Assembly (NCBI GenBank): GCA_965263355.1
Contig: CBDHHL010000056.1
Coordinates: 736,001 to 800,000 of the forward strand
Direction of reading: 5' to 3'
Source: Leptolyngbyaceae cyanobacterium
GTDB taxonomy: Bacteria > Cyanobacteriota > Cyanobacteriia > Phormidesmidales > Phormidesmidaceae
Length of the DNA stretch: 64,000 nt
Both the position numbers and the translations under genes were made by a program. Under the pieces are notes generated by a model that did not search any database, had not been told where the DNA came from, and saw only the letters and a list, made by a program, of their open reading frames with translations. Positions 20,140-30,097 of this stretch are shown in pieces. The first letter of the stretch is position 1; every line of letters starts with the position of its first letter.

Positions 20140-22570
20140 ATGCAGGTTTCTAGGAATTTTGCATTTCTCAAGGTTCATAGCTTAGAGCTTGTCAGGCTGG
20201 GGACACTAGCTGAAAACTATTTTGCGAATGATCCGAATACTTGCTTGATTAAGCTGCGGCAATTTGGGGAGCAATTGGCCCAGCTAGTGGCGGCCAATGT
20301 GGGCCTTTACGAGGACCCGAATGAAAGCCAATTTGAACTCCTGCGACGGTTAGAGAATCGTGGGGCAATTACGGGACAAACCACCCAACTTTTCCATGAA
20401 ATTCGGAAGGTGGGTAATCGGGCTACCCACGGGAGCTATGGTGAACATGGGGCCGCACTGAGTCATCTGAAATATGCTCGGATCTTAGGTATCTGGTTTC
20501 ACCGATCCTATGGAGGAGCCCAGCAGTTTAAGCCCGGTCCTTTTATTCCACCCGCCGATCCCCGTCAAGAAACGGCTACGCTCAAAGCAGAATTGGAGCG
20601 CCTCAGGGCAGAACTGATTGCCAGACAGGCAGAACTGACGGCCACCCAGTCCCAGGCAGAACAAGCCCAAGCCCAGGCCCAGGAAGAAGCTGAACTACGG
20701 CAGCTAGCTGAAGACCTTTTAATCGAAACGGAAGCTCAAGCTGAGGAAGAAAAAGCTCAACTAGCCGCACAACTAACCGCAATGCAGGCTAAAGCGGCTC
20801 AAGCCCCAGCTCAAACTATTCAATCAGCCATTGCGACTGCTCAAGTGGTTGAGACGGAACTGGATTTAGATGAACGTGAAACTAGACGTTTGATTGATGC
20901 TCAACTGCGTGGGGCGGGTTGGGACGTTGATACGGAAACATTGACCTATAGAAATGGCACTCGCCCACAGAAAGGGAAAAATCTAGCCATTGCTGAATGG
21001 CCCACTGCCGATGGACGGGCTGATTATATTTTATTTGTGGGGTTGGCTGCGATCGCAACCGTCGAAGCCAAACGGAAAAGCAAAGATGTATCTGGATCAG
21101 TAGACCAGGCCAAGCGCTACAGTCGGGGATATGCAATCAAAGGAAATGAAACCTTACCAGCTGGTCCCTGGGGAGAGTACAAAATTCCCTTTGTGTTTGC
21201 TACCAATGGCCGAGAGTTTTTGCCCCAGCTTGAAACCAAAAGCGGCATCTGGTTTTGTGATGTGCGGCGTCCAGAAAATCTGCGACGTCCCTTGAGAAGC
21301 TGGTATAGCCCAGCCGGTTTGATTGATACTTTGGCCCAGGATATCGATCAGGCCCAGGCGCAACTAGCTCAGGAGCCATTTAACTACGGCTTTGACCTAC
21401 GGCACTATCAAATTCGGGCTATTCGAGCAGTGGAAGCGGCCCTGGCCCAGGATCAGCGCAATCTATTGCTGGCCATGGCAACGGGCACCGGTAAAACCAA
21501 GACCTGTATTGCCCTGGTCTATCGATTGCTCAAGACCAAACGCTTTCGGCGCGTCTTATTTTTGGTGGACCGTACTGCCCTGGGGGAACAGGCTGCCAAT
21601 GCCTTCAAAGATACCCAAATGGAAAGTTTGCAGGAGTTTGCCAAAATCTTTGAAATTAAGGAGCTAAAGGATACAGCCCCGGAGCGGGACACAAAGGTGC
21701 ATATTGGCACGGTACAGAGCTTTGTCAAACGTATTTTGTACCCCAGTGATGAAGCCGAACCCCTAACGGCGGATCAGTACGACTGCATTGTGGTGGACGA
21801 GTGTCACCGGGGGTATTTGCTGGACCGGGAGCTAAGTGATAACGAACTCACCTTTCGAGACTTTAAAGACTATGTCTCGAAATACCGCACCGTTCTTGAA
21901 TATTTTGATGCGGTCAAGATTGGATTAACGGCTACGCCTGCGTTGCATACATCCCAAATTTTTGGTGACCCCGTCTTTAAATACAGCTATCGGGAAGCGG
22001 TGATTGATGGTTACCTGATTGACCATGAGCCCCCCATTCGCCCAGTGACGGCCCTGGCTGAAGACAATATTGTTTGGCAGGCAGGTGAGAATGTTCAATA
22101 CATTGATCCAAAAACCGGGCAGCTAGACCTGATCCATGCGCCGGATGAGATCCGAGTAGAGGTAGAACAGTTTAACCGACAGGTAATTACCCAAGAGTTT
22201 AACCGGGTAGTCTGTGACTTTTTGGCCGATGAAATTGACCCGGAGATGGGCAAAACACTGATTTTCTGTGTGAATGATGCCCATGCTGATTTAGTAACAG
22301 ATTTGCTCAAAAAATCTCTCACAGAACGCTATGGCAGTATCGATGACGATGATGTCAAAAAGATTACGGGAGCGTCAGACAAACCGCTAGACTGATTCGA
22401 CGGTATAAGAACGAGGTCAGTCCTAAAATAGCCGTGACGGTTGACTTGCTGACCACTGGGACTGATTCGACGGTATAAGAACGAGGTCAGTCCTAAAATA
22501 GCCGTGACGGTTGACTTGCTGACCACTGGGATTGATGTACCGGCCATTTGTAAGGAGAAGAGGCCAGTTA
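20140..22570 (+). pseudogene. hsdR: Type I restriction subunit R (EcoKI-like), frameshifted, with duplication and loss of C-terminal part
   Basis: ADYILF..VEAK nuclease, MATGTGKT, DECHRGY, GLTATP; VTVDLLTTGIDVP continues out of frame after 22390. Confidence 0.92.
22391..22530 (+). repeat. Exact 70-bp tandem duplication within hsdR
   Basis: ACTGATTCGA...GACCACTGGG at 22391-22460 and 22461-22530. Confidence 0.95.
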
Positions 22571-22658
22571 ATACAAATTAACTAATTCATAGGTACGATT
22601 GCCAAATAACTTGTCTATACTGAAATAGCCATTTAGATAGCCATTTCATAATTTTACT

Positions 22659-22967
22659 ATGGTCCAATCTAGCAACCAGTACTCTATTGCCCAGGCGAGG
22701 GATCGCTTTACCCAATTAGTGCATGAAGCAGAGCAAGGCAATGCGGTGGAAGTGACCCGCCGGGGGCAGCGGGTGGCGGTGCTGGTTTCTGCCAAAGAAT
22801 ATGACCGCTGGCATAAGCCCAAGCAAGACTTTTGGCAATCTGTTCTAGCTTGGCGTGAAAAGTTCGGTTTAGATACCCGCGATGAGGACGATGACGACCG
22901 CAAGTTTGAAGAAGTTATGGCCACTGTGCGGGATAAATCCCCTGGACCGGAACCGTTTGAGTGGTAA
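22659..22967 (+). CDS. Phd/YefM family antitoxin
   Basis: YSIAQARDRFTQLV...VEVTRRGQRVAVLVS. Confidence 0.9.
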   Translation: MVQSSNQYSIAQARDRFTQLVHEAEQGNAVEVTRRGQRVAVLVSAKEYDRWHKPKQDFWQSVLAWREKFGLDTRDEDDDDRKFEEVMATVRDKSPGPEPFEW

Positions 22968-23386
22968 TGGTGATTCGTTTTTTATTAGATACCAATATTT
23001 TGTCGGAGCCGACTAAGCGTCAGCCGAATATGCGGGTGATGCAGCAGCTAGCGGAAAATAGTGGGCAGTTTGCCATTGCGTCTGTTTCTTATCACGAGGT
23101 GATGGTGGGGTATTTGAGGTTGCCAGAGTCTCAAAAACGGCGGGAGATAGAAACCTATATGCAGCAAAGTGTAGACGGTGTGCTAGAGATTTTGCCCTAT
23201 GACGATACGGCGGCGCGATGGCATGCACTTGAGCGAACGAGGCTGATGCAGGCTGGAAAAACACCGCCCTATGGGGATGGGCAGATTGCTGCCATAGCGG
23301 CTACGAATAACCTTACCCTAGTGACCCAAAATACTGACGACTTTCAATATTTCCAAGATTTGCAAATTGCCAACTGGTTTGAATAA
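22961..23386 (+). CDS. VapC/PIN toxin
   Basis: FLLDTNILSE, DGQIAAIA, LVTQNTDDF. Confidence 0.92.
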   Translation: MVMVIRFLLDTNILSEPTKRQPNMRVMQQLAENSGQFAIASVSYHEVMVGYLRLPESQKRREIETYMQQSVDGVLEILPYDDTAARWHALERTRLMQAGKTPPYGDGQIAAIAATNNLTLVTQNTDDFQYFQDLQIANWFE

Positions 23387-23406
23387 TTACCCTAACAACA
23401 CTGTCT

Positions 23407-24033
23407 ATGAATGTTACCTCCGATATTGTTGCGAAGCTGTGGAACCTGTGTAATGTCCTACGGGATGATGGCATTACCTATTTGCAGTATGTGACGGAGC
23501 TGACCTACCTGCTGTTTTTGAAAATGATGCAGGAGACCGATCAGGAAGCGGTACTGCCGGAGGGGAAACGGTGGGGTGATTTGGTGGCGCTGGATGGGAT
23601 TAAGCAGCTGGAGTTTTATCGGGATCTGCTGCGAGATCTGGGGCGTGGTGGCGTTAATAAGCGGGTACAGGCGATTTTTGCCAATGCCCAGACAGCCTTG
23701 AAACAGCCGCGCATTATTAAAAAGCTGGTGACCAGCATTGATGAGCTGGACTGGTACTCAGCCAAGGAAGAAGGGCTGGGGGACCTGTATGAAGGGCTGC
23801 TGGAGAAAAATGCAGGGGAAAAGAAATCGGGGGAAGAAGGACGGTTTCGGTGTTTTAGTCGAGAGTTTATCAAGGAGCGGGGGGAGAATTTAGATATTTC
23901 GTGGTTGCGGGACGAGAGTTTGCAGTCGGCGGAAGATTTGCCGGAACCGGATGAGATTGCATCGGCGATCATGGAGAAGTTACGGGTGGCGATGACGGAA
24001 ATGGAAGCGTTGAGTGCGTTGCTGGAGGAATAA
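23407..24033 (+). pseudogene. hsdM: Type I methyltransferase subunit M with in-frame internal deletion
   Basis: N-terminus LWNLCNVLRDDG...LLEKNAGEKKSG joined directly to C-terminus RFRCFSRE..NLDISWL; GQYFTPR, SAM-binding and NPPF motifs absent. Confidence 0.9.
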
Positions 24034-24037
24034 AGCT

Positions 24038-24340
24038 GTGAGCATTTTAGACACCGTTTTACAAAGGATTCAGCTGCTACCCGTTGATAAGCAGCGGACA
24101 GTCCTCGATTTCATAGATTTTTTGGTGCATGGACTACAGCTTGATCGGTCTTCAAGGGCTGACAGCACCGAAGGCAAAGCGAACGATACCTTTGTACCTC
24201 GATCACCGCTTGGACAAAAGCTATACAGCATTCGCCAAAGAGCTTTTAGCGAAGGGATGCAGTCAGCAAATATTGAGGAAATCAATACCGAAATCGCAGA
24301 TCACCGGAGGCATCATCTTTCTTATGAAGACATATCTTGA
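24038..24340 (+). CDS. DUF2281-like putative antitoxin
   Basis: LPVDKQRTVLDFIDFL motif; overlaps the PIN gene. Confidence 0.65.
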   Translation: MSILDTVLQRIQLLPVDKQRTVLDFIDFLVHGLQLDRSSRADSTEGKANDTFVPRSPLGQKLYSIRQRAFSEGMQSANIEEINTEIADHRRHHLSYEDIS

Positions 24341-24737
24341 TACAGGTGTGTTGATTACTGCGTTTCGTAACAAGGGACTTGGTGGCATTAGAGCCTTGCA
24401 GATTCTAGATGATTCGCAGCGGACCTTTGGTTCTAGCATTTTTATTAAATTAGAAACTCTGCCTAAGACTATCTATAATCAGCAAGCTATCGAACGAGAA
24501 TTCTATGAAACGTTTTTTGATGCTGTAACCGATTGGGCAAATGATGTTGAGAGAATTGTTGAAGAGGCTTATCGGATATCCTGTGAGTATGGTCTAGCGG
24601 CAATGGACGCCTTACATATTGCAGCGGCGGTAACGATAGGTGCAGAAGAATTTATAACGACTGAGAAAATAACCAAACCGATGTTTCGAGTGTCGGAAAT
24701 TAAGGTGATGCCATTGATATCAGAGCTGGAGAAATGA
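24324..24737 (+). CDS. PIN-domain toxin
   Basis: YLDTGVLI, MDALHIAAA, FITTEK. Confidence 0.85.
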   Translation: MKTYLDTGVLITAFRNKGLGGIRALQILDDSQRTFGSSIFIKLETLPKTIYNQQAIEREFYETFFDAVTDWANDVERIVEEAYRISCEYGLAAMDALHIAAAVTIGAEEFITTEKITKPMFRVSEIKVMPLISELEK

Positions 24738-25048
24738 ATATGAATGTTACGTTAACCCCTGAGTTAGATCAGTTTGTGCAGACTCAAATTGATAGTGGTA
24801 AATATGCATCTGCGACGGAAGTGCTTCTAGCTGGAGTTGCTTTATTAAAAGAGATTGATCGTGTTTATAAGGGGCGATTTGAAGAGTTAAGGCAAAAAGT
24901 GCTGGAGGGTGTAGATGTCTCTGATAGAGGGGATTATACTCAAGAGCGTCATGGTTGGATTGATCAAACTTCCGTGGATGATATTCTTAGCGCGATGAAA
25001 CAACGGCAGGATGATGATACGGATCGTTATGACGAGGTTATCGAATAG
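24734..25048 (+). CDS. ParD-like RHH antitoxin, probably chimeric, no ParE partner
   Basis: MNVTLTPEL..FV..QIDSGKYASATEV motif. Confidence 0.75.
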   Translation: MNMNVTLTPELDQFVQTQIDSGKYASATEVLLAGVALLKEIDRVYKGRFEELRQKVLEGVDVSDRGDYTQERHGWIDQTSVDDILSAMKQRQDDDTDRYDEVIE

Positions 25049-25070
25049 TTGGGCAATGGCGTTAGGTGTT

Positions 25071-25103
25071 GCAGGGCGGACTTCGGCGAGGCTCAGCCAC
25101 CGG
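25071..25103. repeat. Degenerate GTAG-type REP remnant
   Basis: Ends in GGCACTGCCCCTAC; contains CTTCGGCGAGGCTCAG resembling CTTCGACTTCGCTCAG at 27011. Confidence 0.4.
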
Positions 25104-25347
25104 GTATAAGGCACTGCCCCTACGAGAGGGGCTATTTTGAATTGGGGTTAATAAATTTGAATTTGTTATTAGCATCGACTCTGATTTTTTGCCCTGACAC
25201 CGCCGTAACTTTGCCCCAACCTGGATTTTTGCTATGAGGGAGAACCTACTTTCGGGGGGTGTGGGGGAGTTAGGCCCCCACGAACAGGAGGGTTTCAGGG
25301 AGGAAAGCCCTGAGCAGCCCTTATCGCGATTGATCGGTTTTCAGTCG

Positions 25348-25413
25348 ATGTTGATTGAGTTGCAAATTGCAATGGATGAGATGGCTGTGTTAATGGATTT
25401 AATGGATGAATGA
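25348..25413 (+). pseudogene. Second, diverged hsdM 3' tail overlapping the hsdS start
   Basis: MLIELQIAMDEMAVLMDLMDE* vs hsdM end MEKLRVAMTEMEALSALLEE*; ATGA overlap at 25410-25413. Confidence 0.55.
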
Positions 25414-26955
25414 GAACTTCAAGCCTCTGAACCAAAAGGGTGGAGTTGGGTCAATCTTAATGAACTTGGTGAATTGGCACGGTAGTAATCTAAACATCGT
25501 CCCAGAAATGCTCCAAGACTTTTCGGAAAAACGGGATGCCTTAATTCTTCCATGAATGTGCATTTTGGTGGACTCGATCTACGATGGAACTTTCTGATTA
25601 TTGATGAAAAAGCCTCTGCATTAGTGAATTTTGAAGTTCCGCAAATAGAGTATTTGCTCAAATTACAACTGTCAATAGGTCATCACCCATAGCACCGAAA
25701 TTGAGATATGGCATTCTAGGTTCAAGCCTGCTTTCCTGACACGTGTTGTCGGGCTCATTAAGGATAGAAAATAACTGATCCAAATTTTTATCGAGTATTT
25801 GCCTGAGAGCTATTCAGAAAATGATATGTCTGAAATATGGTGTTCTCGGCAAGCTGCTCAAGCTAATACAAGGCTATTTTAACTTTGAAATGCTCCCCTT
25901 CCCCCCCTCAACGAGCAACACCGCATCGTCGCCAAAATCGAAGCCCTAACCGCCCGCAGTCGCAAGGCCCGCGCAGCCCTGGACGCTATCCCAGCATTGC
26001 TGGACCAGTTTCGGCAGTCCGTCCTCGCTGCCGCTTTTCGGGGCGACCTGACGGCAGATTGGCGGGCACAGAATCCCGATGTGGAACCTGCGGAAACGTT
26101 GTTGGCGCGGATACGCACAGAGCGACGGGCACGATGGGAACAAGCTGGAGAAATGAAAGCGAAGGGTAAGGTGCCGAAGCTGGGGAAGTATAAGGAGCCT
26201 TCTCGTGCTAAAAGAAGATTTTCCAGAGTTGCCCGAAAGTTTTGGATATCAGTTGAGGAATTGGTTTCAGACAAACCTCGTTCGCTACAGAGTAGTATCT
26301 TAAGCATCATGACGGTATCGAGGAGACTCAGGTATTCTCGCAATAGGTATCGATAATGTTTTAGAAGGTGAATTTACTTTAGGCCGCCAAAATAGATAGC
26401 TCAGCATATAAAGAACTTGGTATACAGCTCGATTTAGACGTTTTGATAACGGTAATGGCAACAGTTGGTCATGCTGTGTTGTTCCTGAAGGTCTTGAGAC
26501 TTCAATTATTCCAAGCATGTTTGCAGAGCATCACCAGAACAACAGCTTATAAATTCATACTTTTTCATGAATGCACTTAGAATGGAGTCGTCCTTCAAAT
26601 AGAATAGCACCTCAGAGGCCAAACAAGGCCAGGTATTAATGGTCAAATTCTCAAAGAATTTTTTATTCCATTCCCCCTAAAAGTGAACAGGAAAAGATTC
26701 TGGAAATAATTGAAAGACAATTTTTGGCATGATAGAAGAGTTAGCCCTTCACTAGAACTTAATTCCTCAACTGACCAACTCGACCAATCCATCCTCGCCA
26801 AAGCCTTCCGAGGCCAACTCGTCCCCCAGGACCCCAACGACGAACCCGCCAGCGTGCTGCTTGAGCGTATTCGGGCGGAGCGGGAGAAAACGCAGAAAAA
26901 GAAGGGGAAAGGGGGAAAGGGGAAGGGGAAGAGAGTGAAAGTGGGTGAAGGGTGA
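25410..26955 (+). pseudogene. hsdS: Type I specificity subunit S; both target-recognition domains heavily disrupted
   Basis: PKGWSWV start; central LPPLNEQHRIVAKIE...QSVLAAAFRGDLT; C-terminal QSILAKAFRGQLVPQDPNDEPAS. Confidence 0.88.
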
Positions 26956-27040
26956 AGGGTGAAGAGTGAGGGGGAGCAGGGGAGAGAGGGAGAGGGGGAG
27001 CAGGGGAGCCCTTCGACTTCGCTCAGGATACGGGGAGAGT
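26935..27040. repeat. Purine-rich short tandem repeats
   Basis: GGGTGAA and GGGGAG(C)A-type units. Confidence 0.6.
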
Positions 27041-27047
27041 AAGTGGT

Positions 27048-27272
27048 TTAAAGGTCTTTGAGGTAAAGAGTTTTAAAGTCTTCTGCGGCCTTGGGTTGAA
27101 TTTGCTTTAGCGCTTTAATCAGGCTAATCACCGTTTCAGAGCTAGGATCGCGCACCTCATTGGCCCAACGATAAATATTAGATGCACCAATACCCATTAC
27201 GGCAGCCAATCGTCCCTGGCTAATGCCGTGCTTCTCCATTACCACTTTAAGTACCTTACCCGCTCTGCCCAT
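27048..27272 (-). CDS. XRE/Cro-family HTH regulator
   Basis: ISQGRLAAVMGIGASNIYRWANEVRDP. Confidence 0.88.
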   Translation of the reverse strand: MGRAGKVLKVVMEKHGISQGRLAAVMGIGASNIYRWANEVRDPSSETVISLIKALKQIQPKAAEDFKTLYLKDL

Positions 27273-27311
27273 GCCTTTGATCCTTACAAAGGCTGTGACA
27301 TTTCGTATACA

Positions 27312-27353
27312 GTCCAATTGGACCGTGCTATTCTAATTAAGTCCAATTGGACT
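27312..27353. promoter_or_regulatory. Twin palindromic operators GTCCAATTGGAC in divergent promoter
   Basis: Perfect 12-bp palindrome at 27312-27323 and 27341-27352. Confidence 0.75.
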
Positions 27354-27401
27354 GTGCCTATTTTGGTAATAGATATAGTCTTTATCGCTGAACCCTTCTC
27401 T

Positions 27402-27674
27402 ATGAAAACCCAAGCCTTTGTGACACTACCTGAGCCTAACGTGACTCCTGAATCTGCCCTCCAGCTTTATTCCGTCCCTAAACCTGACCGCGAGCCAGTC
27501 AAAATCCTGATCATTGGCTCCCAGGCTGCCGTCAACACCATCATTCATAGCCTGCACCACCACCGCTTTGCTGAACCATTTGAGTGGACCCCGTTTTTAC
27601 CCACGGATCGTCCTATTCAGATTCAGGCCGGGGAGTCGTTGCGATCGCTAGTAAAATACCTACCCCATCAGTAA
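27402..27674 (+). CDS. Small conserved cyanobacterial hypothetical protein
   Basis: REPVKILIIGS..AV..IIHSLH...FAE..EW pattern; divergent from the XRE gene. Confidence 0.65.
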   Translation: MKTQAFVTLPEPNVTPESALQLYSVPKPDREPVKILIIGSQAAVNTIIHSLHHHRFAEPFEWTPFLPTDRPIQIQAGESLRSLVKYLPHQ

Positions 27675-27747
27675 ACTTCTGCTAGTGGCAGAGCCACCAC
27701 CTACGCTCCAGGCGGAGCCTGGGAGCGAGTTAGATGAGGAACACACT

Positions 27748-28092
27748 ATGCAAGGCGAAATCGACCAATACGGCTTCGAACGAATCCAACTCACCAGCCT
27801 GACCGCCCTTGACCAACTAATCGCCGAGCGCTTCCACATCCCCCCAAAGCCCTACACCACCGACATCCGCGCCGCCCTAGAACTTGTCATCTGGGCCTTA
27901 GACAACGACAGCCATCCCTACTTCGCCATCTTCAAATCTGCCGATGAAGCCTTCCCCGGTAAACCCTTTGGTGTCGGCTTTGCCCGCAAAACCTGGCACT
28001 ACAACGAAACAGCCACCCTGACTATTTGCATCGATGCCCTCTACCAACTCAAACAAATAGACGTAGACCTCAAACTCGATGAAGCGGAGTAG
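27748..28092 (+). CDS. Hypothetical protein
   Basis: 114-aa ORF with GAGGA RBS-like sequence upstream. Confidence 0.6.
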   Translation: MQGEIDQYGFERIQLTSLTALDQLIAERFHIPPKPYTTDIRAALELVIWALDNDSHPYFAIFKSADEAFPGKPFGVGFARKTWHYNETATLTICIDALYQLKQIDVDLKLDEAE

Positions 28093-28120
28093 CCATGTCA
28101 CCGTCACCCCATAAGAAAGC

Positions 28121-28735
28121 GTGTGGGTATCGGTGTCAACTTCGTTGGCCTTTTTAAGGGCATCCAGCTCGGCTTTGGTGCTGGCTAATTCTTGCTCGGT
28201 TTGCTTTTGTCGGGTTTCAGCAATTTACCGCATTTATCGGCCAAAGAAAGGCGCGATTCCAGCTCTTGTAGCTGCTTGAGGGTGAGGTCTACCGGGTCGT
28301 CAGCTGGCTTAGGGATGCGGTTACGGTCAAAGGTGAGGGTGTCTAGATTTTTGCCGTCTGGAGCGTAGTAGCGGCATAGCCAGTAGAGGAAATGAAACAG
28401 CTCCTCGACCACACGCAGGGCGTCTCGCTGGCTAACTTTGGTGGAGTCGTGGACGGCCAGGTTACCCACTTTGTGGACGGTGCGGATCTTTGGGAAGAGG
28501 CCGGGTTTGAGGTTTTCTTTAAATGTGCGCTCGCGGATTAGTGCGCCCAGGTTATTGGCGTAGGGCAGCCTCAGGTAGGGGTCGTTGGCATAGAGCCATT
28601 GCACCGCTTGCTCCAGGGTGAAGCGACTGTAAAAGCAACTGACACGGGGGGCAGAGAGATCAACCGTTCGGCATGGGTGGCATGCTCATAAAGGGTGGGA
28701 TAGCGAGTTTGAAGAAAGTCGAAATTGGATGCCAT
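28121..28735 (-). pseudogene. hsdR: N-terminal fragment (DUF4145 region) of a second type I HsdR
   Basis: MASNFDFL...FYSRFTLEQAVQWLY..D..L..PY, KVGNLAVH; frameshifts; breaks at ...DTH. Confidence 0.75.
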
Positions 28736-28916
28736 GGGTGGTTGCCCCGCGTTTTGCTAATCCAGGCTCAATTTAGTATGTACAGTTTTGCCTAAAAATC
28801 ATCAGGAAATATTGATTAAGCCGTAATATCGACAGATTTCAGATGTTTGGTTAATTCCGGTTGGGTGCCTTACAGTTGAACTAGGCTAAAGTGAGCTGAT
28901 GCTAGAGGGTTAGTCA

Positions 28917-29495
28917 ATGGTGATTGCAGCGCCCCAGTCCCACACCGCTGAAGAATATCTGGCCCGTGAGGTGGCCTCAGATGTACGCAGCGAATTTCGA
29001 TCGGGAGAGATTGTTGAAATGACGGGGGGCACACCTGAGCATAATGAGATTACTGGCACGTTACTTTTTTTGTTAAAAGCGGCCCTTAGGAAAAAGAACT
29101 ACAGCATTTTTGTTACTGATCAGCGGTTATGGATACCTGAACCGGATATTTATACTTACCCTGATGTAATGGTGACGAGTCGGCCACCAGAGTTAAAGCC
29201 GGGGCGCAAGGATACGGTGATTAATCCGGTGATGATTGCAGAAACGCTGTCGGAGTCTACCCAGGACTATGACCGGGGTAAAAAGTTTACTAACTATCGC
29301 ACGATTGAGACGTTTCAGGAATATGTGCTAATCGATCAGTATCGGCCCCATGTGGAGCACTATGTAAAACAGGCGACTAAACAGTGGTTGTTTAGGGAGT
29401 ATGACGGTTTAGAGGCGACCTTTACCCTGGCGTCGGTATCGGTGGAGATTGCCCTGGCAGATCTATATGAAGCGATTGAGTTTGACGCAGATTGA
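28917..29495 (+). CDS. Uma2 (DUF820) endonuclease
   Basis: MTGGTPEHN, YTYPDVMV, LSEST.DYDRG.KF..YR, EYVLIDQ. Confidence 0.92.
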   Translation: MVIAAPQSHTAEEYLAREVASDVRSEFRSGEIVEMTGGTPEHNEITGTLLFLLKAALRKKNYSIFVTDQRLWIPEPDIYTYPDVMVTSRPPELKPGRKDTVINPVMIAETLSESTQDYDRGKKFTNYRTIETFQEYVLIDQYRPHVEHYVKQATKQWLFREYDGLEATFTLASVSVEIALADLYEAIEFDAD

Positions 29496-29497
29496 TT

Positions 29498-30061
29498 ATG
29501 GTACAAATCCCTGTCCCAACGCTTACCTTGGAGTCGTTTCTGGAATTGCCAGATACGCAACCGGCCAGTGAATTTATTAATAACCAGCTGATTCAAAAAC
29601 CGATGCCCCAGGGAGAACATAGCACCTTACAAAGTGAGCTGGTGAATGCCATTAATGCGGTGGGTAAGCCTGCTCGGTTAGCCTATGCTTTTCCTGAACT
29701 GCGCTGTGTTTTTGGTGGGGCGGCTATTGTGCCAGATGTGGCCATATTTCGTTGGCCGCGAATTCCACGTCAGGACTCGGGGCGGATTGCGAATCGGTTT
29801 GAGATTTTTCCTGACTGGGCAATTGAGATTTTGTCGCCGGAGCAGGCTCAGACTAAACCGTTGGAAAAGTTGTTGCACTGTGTTGACCATGGCACTGAGC
29901 TGGGTTGGATGCTGGACCCGGAAGCGGATAGTGTTTTGGCGATTTCTGGGGACGCTCGCATTAAGTTATATCGGGGCGTTGATGTGTTGCCAGTGCTGTC
30001 TGGGTTGGAGCTAATGTTGTCGGCTAGTGATGTTTTTGGTTGGTTGTCGTTGCCAGAGTAA
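29498..30061 (+). CDS. Uma2 (DUF820) endonuclease
   Basis: QKPMPQGEHS, FPELRC, VPDVA, PDWAIEILSP. Confidence 0.92.
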   Translation: MVQIPVPTLTLESFLELPDTQPASEFINNQLIQKPMPQGEHSTLQSELVNAINAVGKPARLAYAFPELRCVFGGAAIVPDVAIFRWPRIPRQDSGRIANRFEIFPDWAIEILSPEQAQTKPLEKLLHCVDHGTELGWMLDPEADSVLAISGDARIKLYRGVDVLPVLSGLELMLSASDVFGWLSLPE

Positions 30062-30097
30062 TGGGGCTGAGAATGCCTTCATGGTAAAAAGTAGTGC

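Noticed and set aside
25410..26770. Diversity-generating retroelement target
   Set aside because: No reverse transcriptase or template repeat in the window; the damage is indel-rich rather than adenine-specific
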